This document shows positions 1-10,775 of a stretch of 64,000 bases of DNA, in pieces. This DNA is from Oopsacas minuta (lineage: Eukaryota; Animalia; Porifera). The stretch spans positions 186,001-250,000 of the forward strand of contig JAKMXF010000233.1 in assembly GCA_024704765.1 (NCBI GenBank), read 5' to 3'. A program made the translations under genes and the position numbers. How positions within the stretch are numbered: position 1 is the stretch's first letter; each line of letters starts with the position of its first letter. The notes under the pieces were generated by a model that made no database searches, had not been told where the DNA came from, and worked only from the letters and a program-made list of their open reading frames with translations.

Positions 1-2
1 CA

Positions 3-2015
3 CCAACATTGCTAGCTGGAGAAAATGGTAAACACGGTGTAATACATATTCTAGCTGGGGCTGGTGCTGATTTGGATAAACGTGATCTTAATGGTAATGT
101 AGCGCTAATCGCTGCGGCTAAAAACGGACACTCGATCACTTTGAAGGAATTAATGTTAAACGGAGCTTCCCTTGAAGTAACAGATCATGAAAGGTACAAC
201 TGTCTAGAGCGTGCTATACAAAATAGGAAAGATCTCTGTGCTGCTATGTACATTCGCTTAGAACCGAATGAAGACTTCCTTGACTGTTATCTTAACAGCA
301 TTGAAATACATATATTTCGTTTAGTTAACCTAAGATTAACTGAGACGTTAGAAGCATTGCTGGATAGGATGGTTATACAAAATGATAAGTCTCATACTAA
401 TAGTGGGGTTGTGTATACGAAATATTTAGATATCGATACTGAGAATAATATTCCAGAAGATAAGGGCTATGCGTCGAATAGGACATTCTTTCTCCAACGC
501 TTGTCTGAAATGGGCGATGAACAGATGGCATATCATGGGACCATTCGTTTGTTGGTTGATAAAAAAATGTCAAAGTTTGGGAATATTCTGTTGGGTGTAC
601 GATTGTTTTTCTATTGTGTATTCCTCATAGCTCTAGCCTATTCGCTTCTACAAGCTTCCGATGTACAAAATCCAGTGTTAGACACATATCTTCATGAACC
701 AGTGAATACTGTAAGATTAGTGACAGACGTGTTTGTCTTGATATTCGTGTTGGTGAATGTATTCACTGAATCAGTCGAATTCTTTCGGATTCTGTTACTA
801 ACGTTTAGTTATCTTAGTGGGAAAAAGAAAGAAAGGAGAAAGTTACAACTGCGAGATAAAACTTTTGAGAATATTTCAGAATTTGTGAATGAAGAAGATT
901 TCTATGAATTGTCTTCCATGAGTGAGGAAGAGAAACGAATACGAAAGTTGACGAGTCGTTTAAACGATTTCTTCTGTATTCGTGTATTCACAGATTATTT
1001 CACAGATAAATTCAACATTCTTGATTTACTCGGCTTGACAGCTTTACTTATTCTAATCGTGTTACGCGCTACAGGACATCCTGTACAATGGGTATTCGCT
1101 ACTGTTGCTTTTCTAATCAATACACTACGTGTATTCAAGTTTATTGTATTGATTCCACATCTTGGTCCATATGCTACTACTATATACAAGATCCTAGTTA
1201 GAGACGTCCCGCTATTCTCTAGTCTATTCTGTTTGACATTACTAATGTTCACTGGGAGTTATTACATATCATTACGAGCTCCGTACACGGTTGAAGGTTT
1301 CCAAAATGCGTCACTTATGCAGGAAACGCAACGTACAGCTGGTGTTGACGATACTCTATATTGGGTACTGCTATCTGGACTTAGAGTTCTCCTTGAGGGG
1401 AATATATACCAGGATGAGTATATGTATAATCAGTTAAATTGGCTAGCTGCTGGCATATACGCTGGCTTTCTATTTATGACAGTTGTTGTACTGCTGAATG
1501 TGTTCATTGCCCAATTGTCTGATACTTACGGAGATGTTAAACGCAATGCAAATAGGACGTATGCTTGGCAAAGGCTTAATTTCATAGTTCAAGTACAACG
1601 AACTTCACTTCTATCACTTTGTATTGATTTCAGGAAAATTTTCTATATCGGGGAAGTTTATATTGACAAGTACGATTTGTTTAAGTACTATGCTGTTCAT
1701 CATATCAGGGATTTGAATATTAAGAATTTCACTGATGATATCGATGTTAAAACTATGCTAACTATGATTCAAACTCAACAAACTGTAGCTAGGAAAACTC
1801 AAGAAGTTGCCAGACTCGTTGCTCCTACCCAGGCCAGTCAGAAGATATCTGATTCGACGAAATTCGAGCATGGAATTGCGTCACATGATATAGGTGTGCT
1901 GAATGCTAGGGTTTCACAGATATTGCAGTTATTAAGGGAGAAAGATACCCGTTTGGAACAGAAGATATCTCGTATCCTTGATGATAAACTAGCTAAACTA
2001 ACTAAACGTATTTAG
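3..2015 (+). CDS. Ankyrin-repeat TRP channel (TRPA/TRPV-like), paralog 1; 5' end lies outside the window
   Basis: Frame is open to the window edge (listed start at 9 is TTG). Ankyrin repeats (GNVALIAAAKNGH), pre-S1 YHGTIRLLVDKKM, six hydrophobic segments, pore GLRVLLEGNIY, S6 LLNVFIAQLSDTY, TRP-box-like AWQRLNFIVQVQRT, C-terminal coiled coil. Colinear with ORF 2722-5559. Confidence 0.9.
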   Translation, partial: PTLLAGENGKHGVIHILAGAGADLDKRDLNGNVALIAAAKNGHSITLKELMLNGASLEVTDHERYNCLERAIQNRKDLCAAMYIRLEPNEDFLDCYLNSIEIHIFRLVNLRLTETLEALLDRMVIQNDKSHTNSGVVYTKYLDIDTENNIPEDKGYASNRTFFLQRLSEMGDEQMAYHGTIRLLVDKKMSKFGNILLGVRLFFYCVFLIALAYSLLQASDVQNPVLDTYLHEPVNTVRLVTDVFVLIFVLVNVFTESVEFFRILLLTFSYLSGKKKERRKLQLRDKTFENISEFVNEEDFYELSSMSEEEKRIRKLTSRLNDFFCIRVFTDYFTDKFNILDLLGLTALLILIVLRATGHPVQWVFATVAFLINTLRVFKFIVLIPHLGPYATTIYKILVRDVPLFSSLFCLTLLMFTGSYYISLRAPYTVEGFQNASLMQETQRTAGVDDTLYWVLLSGLRVLLEGNIYQDEYMYNQLNWLAAGIYAGFLFMTVVVLLNVFIAQLSDTYGDVKRNANRTYAWQRLNFIVQVQRTSLLSLCIDFRKIFYIGEVYIDKYDLFKYYAVHHIRDLNIKNFTDDIDVKTMLTMIQTQQTVARKTQEVARLVAPTQASQKISDSTKFEHGIASHDIGVLNARVSQILQLLREKDTRLEQKISRILDDKLAKLTKRI

Positions 2016-2721
2016 TAGTACGAAATTGCATGAAAACGAATAGTAACATTTATTATTATTATTGACTCACAACGAACACTCAAATATTTTTGATATCTTT
2101 TCCGTATTTCACTTTCATATTTTCCATTTTATATCCTCATCATTTATTATTTTGCTCAACTATTTATTGATATTTATAATATAATGACATATTCTTGAGA
2201 GGGAGGAATATATTGTTGGCGGGCAAATATTTCTTTAATTAGTTCCTTGCTATAATCGTCTTATACAACCTTCAATAACTGTCGTTAACCAGCTGAACAT
2301 AACGACATTTTTAGGTCTGCAATTCCTTGGCAAAACTTCACAAATCTTTGTGTAATTCCCCTGTCTACGCGTAGATTTTCTTTGAAAGTAAATTATTGAA
2401 TATTTAAAATTCTACTAAGTATGATTGACTGTATAGCTATAAGATAATGAGAAAATAATCGTTCTATTAGAACCTGCTATTACTTACATTGACTAGCTGA
2501 ACATATAAACACTCCACAGTTACTTGTAAATATATAATTATTATTACCACTCCTGAATATATATACATTTACATACTAACAGTTCTCTATACTACAAAAT
2601 ATCACAAAATGTTATAGGATACTAAAAATAGCCCAGAGTTAAGTCAACGAGCTGAGTAGCGAACTATTGGATACAAACGCAATAAAATATCAAAATATGT
2701 AAATATGGACATTCGTTGAAC

Positions 2722-5559
2722 CTATTTCAGATCTTTCAACTTTTCTTCGATCTTTTCTAACAGAGCTCTGTTCGATTTCTCAAGTTTCTCATCCAATAGG
2801 ACATCTTTCTGTCTAATTTCTGTCATCAGCTGATCGATCGTCTCCCTTAATTCTCTTATTTCTTCGTATTCCTGTTTTTGTGGTTGTTCTTGTGCCTGTG
2901 GTTGTTGTTGGGGTGGTGGCGATAAGCAGCTAGCATCACCCCCAGTTGTATTAAGCTTGGCAATTTCCTGAGTTCTTCTTGCCACAACCTGTTGATTCTG
3001 AATAGAAGAAAGCATTCCTTTCACTTCTACATCCTCAGTAAAACTCTTAACATTCATATTCTTAATACTGTATACACCATAATGCTCAAACAATTCTTCT
3101 TTTTCTATTTCTATTTTTTTGGTGAAATATTTCTTTCTGTAGTCAATGCAAATTGATAGCAAAGAAGTTCTCTCAACTTGTACGATAAAATTCATTCTCT
3201 GCCATGCAAATGTCTTTTCAGCATTCTGTTTAACTATTCCATATGTGTCTGATAGCTGAGCAATGAACACATTTAAATACACAACAACCGTGAGGAATAG
3301 GAATCCCAGATAGAGTGAGGCAGCAAGCCAGTTAAGCTGTCTAAACAAATACTGACCCTCGTATACGTTCCCCTCTAGCAGTACTCTAAGTCCTGATAGG
3401 AAGACCCACTGTACTTCATTGTCTACACCCCTTGTACGTTCTGTGTTTTCCATTAAGGAGGCATTAGCAAACCCAGCTGCTGTGTATGGAGTCCTCAGAG
3501 ATACGAAATATCCTCCAGTGAAGATTAGAAGTGTGATTAGGAAAAGACTAGAAAATAGTGGAACATCATTCACCAGGATTTTATATATGATATTAGTATA
3601 AGGCCCAATTCGTGGTAGCAATGCTACTAGTTTGAATAGTCTGAATCCGTTGATTAGGAATGTTAACGTAGCAAATACCCATTGAGTTGGTTGTGTGGAT
3701 AAACGAAGTAGGATTAGAATGAATAGTGTTAGTAGTCCTAAAACATCCAAATAGTTTGATTTATCACTGAAGTAGTCAGTGAAAATACGGATACAGATTA
3801 GGTCATTGAGTCTACTTGTGATTGATCGTTTTTTCATTGCTTTCGCTGGCGAGGCTGCGGGGGGACCGATCACGTCATCATCATCATCATCATCATCATC
3901 ATCGTCACCATTTTTACTGATATCTTCTTCTTCGACTGTTTCCGCCCGTAATAACTCTTTCTTTCTATCTTTTTTCTTGTCTTTTATATACCGTATTGTT
4001 AGCCTAGTTACCCGGAAGAACTCTACCCCCTCTGTAACCAAATTAAAGACAAAGTAGACTAGCACAAATAATTCTGCGAGTATTCTGATAATGTTTAGTG
4101 CACCATTTGTGTACTCGTTCAAATCGATCGGTCTAAAGGCTGCTAGTATTATAAGGGAGTATGCAAGAGCCAGGAGGAATAGGATATAGAAAAATATTTT
4201 TATCCCCAAGACACGGTTACCAAATTGTTTCATTTTCTTGTCAACCAGGAGACGTATTGTTCCATGGTATGCGAGATCTTCATCATCCAATCCTGCGATA
4301 CGTTGTAAGAGAAATGTAGTATTTTTCTCATACTCATTTTCATTATCTGGCATTTTTCCTGCGGTGTCTATATCGAGATATTTTGTTTGTACCGTGCCTT
4401 TAGTTGCATTCAGAGGATCTTCTTGCACAACCATTCTATCTAAGAGAGCTTTAATAGTTTCTTTGAGTTGATAGCGGACAATCTTAAACAGGCTAATTTC
4501 TATAGTGTTCAGATAGTACTCAACGTAGTCGTTCTGTGGTGAGAGACGAATAAACATGGCTGCCGCTCCATCTTTTTTGTTATGAATCGCCCTTTCAAGT
4601 GCGTTGTAGCGTTCATTATCAGTTACGTCAAAGGAAGCTCCATTGAGGATCAGTTCTTTCACTGTATTCGTGTGACCTAGACTTGCTGCCACGATCAGTG
4701 GGGCGTCACCTTGTTTGTCTCTTTGATCTAGATTGGCCCCTGCTGCAGCTAGGATATGGATACAACCTTCTTTCCCATTCTCAGCTGCAATCAGAGCTGG
4801 TGATTTACCTATATTCTCTCTTGCATTCACATCTGCATTTCTTGTCGTGAGAAGATAGAGAACACTCTCATCAGCATATTGACATGCCATGTGTACAGTA
4901 TTGTATCCATCATTATTCACTGCATTAGGGTTAGCATTCTTATTGAGAAGATACTGCACTGTGTGAGTGTGCTTGTTTTCAACAGCCTTATGCAATGGAG
5001 TGTTACCATTACTATCCTTAGGGTTGACATCCATTCTAGGGAAGAATGTTAAAATTTCATTTAGTACAGCAGTACTGCCTGTAGCGGCTGCCTCATTCAG
5101 ATGTGCTTGTGGGATTACAGGCGTATCGACATTTAGAAGTGCACATGCTATGTCTCCACAGTTCGTTGAACAGATTGTGTAGAGTGCTAGACAAGTTTGG
5201 TGTTGAAATTCGTCCTCATCATCTGGGGTTTTTTCGTTTCTATGTCTCTCTAGGATAATCTCCATAATATCTGTACGTGAGTAGAATGCTGTATGTGTCA
5301 TAGCATAATTATTATCATCTTTCTTGTATAGGTAAGGCGCACCTCCCAATAACATCCTCTTCAACTTGTCCATTTTGTAATTTCCTAATACGTCATTGAG
5401 TTCTGCGTAATCTTCATCATTACCTTCCCATTTCTTTATGCCAATGATTGATTTTGATTTGATGAATTTCTTAAGATAGGGCTTTGTAAAGAATATATCA
5501 TCTTCATCAGTTTTGTTTTCTGTTAGAGATAACAATGGGACTGCTGGATCGGATGCCAT
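2722..5559 (-). CDS. Ankyrin-repeat TRP channel (TRPA/TRPV-like), paralog 2, intact, intronless, 945 aa
   Basis: About 8 ankyrin repeats (e.g. NGNTPLHKAVENKH), six TM segments, S6 YLNVFIAQLSDTY, pore GLRVLLEGNVY, C-terminal coiled coil. Convergent with paralog 1. Confidence 0.92.
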   Translation of the reverse strand: MASDPAVPLLSLTENKTDEDDIFFTKPYLKKFIKSKSIIGIKKWEGNDEDYAELNDVLGNYKMDKLKRMLLGGAPYLYKKDDNNYAMTHTAFYSRTDIMEIILERHRNEKTPDDEDEFQHQTCLALYTICSTNCGDIACALLNVDTPVIPQAHLNEAAATGSTAVLNEILTFFPRMDVNPKDSNGNTPLHKAVENKHTHTVQYLLNKNANPNAVNNDGYNTVHMACQYADESVLYLLTTRNADVNARENIGKSPALIAAENGKEGCIHILAAAGANLDQRDKQGDAPLIVAASLGHTNTVKELILNGASFDVTDNERYNALERAIHNKKDGAAAMFIRLSPQNDYVEYYLNTIEISLFKIVRYQLKETIKALLDRMVVQEDPLNATKGTVQTKYLDIDTAGKMPDNENEYEKNTTFLLQRIAGLDDEDLAYHGTIRLLVDKKMKQFGNRVLGIKIFFYILFLLALAYSLIILAAFRPIDLNEYTNGALNIIRILAELFVLVYFVFNLVTEGVEFFRVTRLTIRYIKDKKKDRKKELLRAETVEEEDISKNGDDDDDDDDDDDVIGPPAASPAKAMKKRSITSRLNDLICIRIFTDYFSDKSNYLDVLGLLTLFILILLRLSTQPTQWVFATLTFLINGFRLFKLVALLPRIGPYTNIIYKILVNDVPLFSSLFLITLLIFTGGYFVSLRTPYTAAGFANASLMENTERTRGVDNEVQWVFLSGLRVLLEGNVYEGQYLFRQLNWLAASLYLGFLFLTVVVYLNVFIAQLSDTYGIVKQNAEKTFAWQRMNFIVQVERTSLLSICIDYRKKYFTKKIEIEKEELFEHYGVYSIKNMNVKSFTEDVEVKGMLSSIQNQQVVARRTQEIAKLNTTGGDASCLSPPPQQQPQAQEQPQKQEYEEIRELRETIDQLMTEIRQKDVLLDEKLEKSNRALLEKIEEKLKDLK
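3875..3905 (-). repeat. (GAT)n microsatellite encoding a poly-Asp tract in the TRP S2-S3 region
   Basis: TCATCATCA... run on the + strand; shorter and interrupted in the duplicate at ~9127-9155. Confidence 0.8.
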
Positions 5560-7293
5560 TGTTGTTTCTATAGAAATTTTGTAAAACGTATCTAAAATTC
5601 AAACTTGTGCCGACAACTTAGGGTGGCACTATGCGTATTGAGCCGACGGATAAAATATTGTTAAAATTAAATCTGTGCCGATAACATTGAATTTAAATTG
5701 AATTTATTCAAAGGGAACTATATTGGTGGCATTTTGTATATTTGAGTAAAATGTAACTCTTTACATTGCCTCCAATTACTAGGTACACTGGATAAATCCA
5801 ATTGACATACTGTGCTGTCTGTATAGATTGTAATATTAGAAATCTTGCTCGCTACGCTTGCAGTGTGTTTTAAAATTATAAAATTACAATCTGTGTCGAC
5901 AGCATAATTAGAATAATATAAAAGTGCATTTATTTATAGTGGCATTATAATTTTGTAGGCACTATAAAGATTAATATTTTCCTCTAATACACTTAGTGCC
6001 TCCAATTAATAGTTCGACTTTTGAGTAACTAAATTCAATTGATATAATATTCGGTCGCTTTATCTAAAAAGAATACACAAAATTTCCGAATACGTACATA
6101 TTGATTTGCATCACAAAAATGAATTCAATTTATGGAAATCAACAAATTTCAGATTTGAAATACAATTGACATCTGAGACAGCAGACTCAGGCTAATCCTA
6201 ACAGCTCGATACTTAGGAAATATACTATATCGTTTAGATTAGCGAATAGCATTGATGAGACCTAGGATTACATATTTAGGGGTGTGTACACACGATCAAA
6301 ACCACCAGTGTGAATTATCTATATATGTAGTAATAATTATATATTAATTCGCATTAAAATTAGGTACAATTCCGTCTTTTTGAGTATTTAATGCACAATT
6401 TCTAAATATTGTATCAGAATTATTCCCTGTTCGGATTAGCGAGGGTCTATTGTATGTATATTTCAGTTGGTTCACTCTAAGCACAAGTGCGCAACTCTGA
6501 AGTAACAGTTACCTGATTTCTGGCCTTTTGAAGAATTGGTGTTTAGCGTAATTGTTGAGTTATTTGGAATATCAGTCTTCTTAAATACTTATGAGGATAC
6601 AGATTAGTCCTATTTTTGTCAAGAAAATAAATCTATAATTAGCTCATGACTTCACTCTACTATGTCATGTGTTGCATGATATAGTTACATGTTAATCTTA
6701 TTTATTCAGGATTATCATTAGCAATATTTAGCAATATCTGTTTTCTTACTGTTGTAGGCAGTGAGATTCTGTAATCAGTCTATGAACCTCTTGGAATTTT
6801 AGTTTTTCTAATTTTTGTATTATCGTTAGCAATAAGAGATGATATGTTATGATGACTTTATAATTAAAGTTCAAATTCTGCCACTAATCTACCATTTCTA
6901 CTTACTCACCATATCCAGCATATAGTATGTACCAGTAGTGTAGCACTGGCTCAATCCCTAACGAATTGTGACGTAATATCTGCCATTTGTTTGCGTTTGC
7001 TATATTTAAAAGATGTGAAATGTGAGAATGCTCATATGTGTAAGTTCGATTCTTAATTCCCTTACGGTAGATATATAATACCCACTATCTCGAACCAGGG
7101 CGATCGTCTTATACAACTTGATATAACTGTCGTTAACCAGCTGAATATACCCGTTACCAGTTACGATGGTAACTGCAATTCCTCGACATTTTTGTCTGCA
7201 ATTCCTCGGCTATGTATTCCCCGATCTACGCGTAGATTTTCTTTGAAAAGAAATTATTGAATATTTATATTCTACTTAGTATGAATGACCTAT

Positions 7294-7744
7294 GAGTGTT
7301 TGGAAAAAACCGCCCTTTTCTAGAAAAGACCGGGCAGGTGGAAAAACCGGTCTTTTCTGCCTTTTTCTGCTGATTAGGTAAAATTTACTTATAATTACTA
7401 TGTTTCAATAAATATCGGATGCTATTTCTTTACTTTCTAAAATCAATTCATGGAATGCTTGATACGATTTATTAGTAATTAGTGATATTCTCTTTCATAA
7501 TATCTTATCTAAAGAAACATATCAGTTCATTAAGTTGATATTCCACAAACCTCTATCTAACATTAGGAACCCATGATAAAAGGGTTATAGTCCGAAATTT
7601 CAACAACAAGATGTAATGAAAGAGTAAAATCTCTTTAGAAAATCAGTCTCTTACATGTTACAAAATGTGCTAGGAATAAAGTCACACATGGCGATTATCG
7701 TCATAAGTGTTTTTTTCTGGGGTAGCCTTTTCTGACAAACACTG
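7294..7744. mobile_element. hAT-like non-autonomous insertion present only in duplication unit 2
   Basis: Ends GAGTGTTTG...CAAACACTG form an imperfect TIR; subterminal AAAAACCG/AAAAGACCG repeats; absent at the equivalent site in unit 1 (~2430-2472). Only 4 of 8 bp of a TSD (CTAT) match. Confidence 0.55.
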
Positions 7745-7991
7745 CCTGCTATTACTGAAATTGACTAGCTGAACATATAAACACTACCCCATTACTTGTA
7801 CACATAATTATTATTACCACTCCTGAATATATATACATTTACATACTATCAGTTCTCTATACTACAAAATATCACAAAATGTTATAGGATACTAAAAATA
7901 GCCCAGAGTTAAGTCAACGAGCTGAGTAGCGAACTATTGGATACAAACGCAATAAAATATCGAAATATGTAAATATGGACGTCCGTAGAAC

Positions 7992-10775
7992 CTATTTCAG
8001 ATCTTTCAACTTTTCTTCGATCTTTTCTAACAGAGCTCTTTTCGATTCAAGTTTCTCATCCAATAGGACATCTTTCTGTCTAATTTCTGTCATCAGCTGA
8101 TCGATCATCTCCCTTAATTCTCTTATTTCTTCGTATTCCTGCTTTTGTTTTTGTTGGGGTGGTGGCGATAAGCAGCTAGCATCACCCCCAGTTGTATTAA
8201 GCTTGGCAATTTCCTGAGTTCTTGTTGCCACAAGTTGATCCTGAATAGAAGAAAGCATTCCCTTCACTTCTACATCCTCAGTAAAACTCTTAACATTCAT
8301 ATTCTTAATACTGTTTACACCATAGTATTCAAACAATTCTTCTTTTCCTATTTTAATTTTTTTGGTGTAATATTTCTTTCTGTAGTCAATGCAAATGATA
8401 GTAGAGAAGTTGTCTCAACTTGTACGATAAAATTCATCCTCTGCCATGCAAATGTCTTTTCAGCATTCTGTTTAACTATTCTGTATGTGTTTGTTAGCTG
8501 AGCAGTAAACACATGTAAATACACAACGACCGTGAGGAATAGGAATCCCAGATAGAGTGAGGCAGCCAGCCAGTTAAGCTGTCTAAACAAATACTGACCC
8601 TCATATACGTTCCCCTCTAGCAGTACTCTAAGTCCTGATAGGAAGACCCATTGTACTTCATTGTCTACACCCCTTGTACGTTCTGTGTTTTCCATTAAGG
8701 AGGCGTTAACAAACCCGGCGGCTGTGTATGGAGTCCTCAGAGATACGAAATATCCTCCAGTGAAGATTAGAAGTGTGATTAGGAAAAGTTTCGAAAATTT
8801 TGGAACATCATTGACGAAGATTTGGTATATGATATTTGCATATGGCCCAAATTCGGGTAACAATGCAGCTAGCTTGAATAGTCTGAATCCGTTGATTAGG
8901 AATGTTAACGTAGCAAATACCCATTGAGTTGGTTGTGTGGATGCACGAAGCAGGATTAGAATGAATAGTGTTAGTAGCCCCGAAAAATCAAAAGAGTTTG
9001 ATTTATCACTGAAGTAGTCCTTAAAAATACGGATACAGATTAGGTCATTGATTAGGTCATGGAGTCTACTTGTGATTGATCGTTTTTTCGTTTTTTTCGC
9101 TTGCAAGGCTGCGGGGGACCGATCACGCCATCATCATCATCGTCGTTATCGTCACCATTTATACTAATATATGCTTTTTCGACTGTTTCCTCCCGTAATA
9201 ACTCATTATTTTTATCATTTTTCTCTTCTTTTATATACCGTATTGTTAGCCTAGTTACCTGGAACAACCCTACCTCCTCTGTAACCAAATCGAAGATAAA
9301 GTAGACTAGTACAAATAATTCTGCGAGTATTCTGATAATGTTTAGTGCACCATTTGTGTACTCGTTCAAATCGATCGGTCTAAAGGCTGCTAGTATTATA
9401 AGGGAGTATGCAAGAGCCAGGAGGAATAGGATATAGAAAAATATTTTTATCCCCAAGACACGGTTACCAAATTGTTTCATTTTCTTGTCAACCAGGAGAC
9501 GTATTGTTCCATGGTATGCGAGATCTTCATCATCCAATCCTGCGATACGTTGTAAGAGAAATGTAGTATTTTGCTCATACTTTTTTTCATTATCTTGCAT
9601 TTTTCCTGCGGTCTCTGTATCGAGATATTTTGTTTTTACTGTGCCTTTAGTTGCATTCAGACGATCTTTTTGGACAACCATTCTATCTAAGAGAGCTTTA
9701 ATAGTTTCTGTGAGTTTATAGCTGACAATCTTAATCAGGCTTTTTTCTACAGTGTCCAGATAGTGTTTGACGTAGTCGTTCTGTGGATGGAGACGAATAA
9801 ACATGGCTGCCGCTCCATCTTTTTTGTTATGAATCGCCCTTTCAAGTGCGTTGAAGCGTTCATTATCAGTTACGTCAAAGGAAGCTCCATTGAGGATCAG
9901 TTCTTTCACTGTATTCGTGTGACCTAGACCAGCTGCCACGATCAGTGGGGTGCTACCTTGTTTGTCTCTCTGATCTAGATTTGCCCCTGCTGAAGCTAGG
10001 ATATGGATACAACCTTCTTTCCCATTCTCAGCTGCAATCAGAGCTGGTGATTTACCTCTATTCTCTCTTGCATTCACATCTGCATTTCTTGTCGTGAGAA
10101 GATAGAGAACACTCTCATCAGCATATTGACATGCCATGTGTACAGTATTGTAGCCATCTTTATTCACTACATTGGGGTTAGCATTCTTATTGAGAAGATA
10201 CTGCACTGTGTGAGTGTGCTTGTTTTCAACAGCTTTATGCAATGGAGTGTTACCATCACCATCCTTAGGGTTGACATCCATTCTGGGGAAAATGTTAGAA
10301 TTTCATTTAGTACAGCAGTACTGCCTGTAGCGGCTGCCTCATTCAAATGTTTTTGTGGGATTACAGGCGTATCGACATTTGGAAGTGCACGTGCTATGTC
10401 TCCACAGTTCGTTGAACAGATTGTGTAGAGTGCTAGACAAGTTTGATGTTGAAATTCATCCTCATCATCTAGGGTTTTTTCGTTTTTATGTCTCTCTCGG
10501 ATAATCTCTATGATATCTGTACGTGAGTAGAATGCTGTATGTGTCATAGCATAATTATCATCATCTTTCTTGTGTAGGTAAGGCGCACCTCTCAATAACA
10601 AACTCTTTAATTTGTCCATTTTGTAATGTTCCAATACTTCATTGAGTTCTGTGTAATCCTAGTCAGTACCCTGCCACCTTAATATATTGGTTTCTGTTCT
10701 GCGATTGTCATCACCACCATCTCTATCATTCTTCGAACACTTCCTTATCAATGGCACTGCTTCATTATCCGCCAT
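7992..10775 (-). pseudogene. Disrupted duplicate of TRP channel paralog 2
   Basis: ATG at 10775, in-frame TAG at 10661-10659 (codon 39, where paralog 2 has Glu), and three 1-nt deletions relative to paralog 2 at ~10285-10292, 9113-9117 and ~8395. These split it into ORFs 10167-10634, 9052-10281, 8348-9106 and 7992-8336. Confidence 0.85.

Noticed and set aside
995-5182. Short antisense ORFs over the TRP genes, and likewise over CDT1, PIGM and MDN1
   Set aside because: Shadow frames of real genes with no independent protein features; the poly-Ser ORF is just the reverse of the poly-Asp tract.
10659-10661. TAG in the TRP duplicate as programmed readthrough
   Set aside because: It aligns to a Glu codon of the intact paralog (single-base change), has no recoding signal, and is accompanied by three frameshifts.
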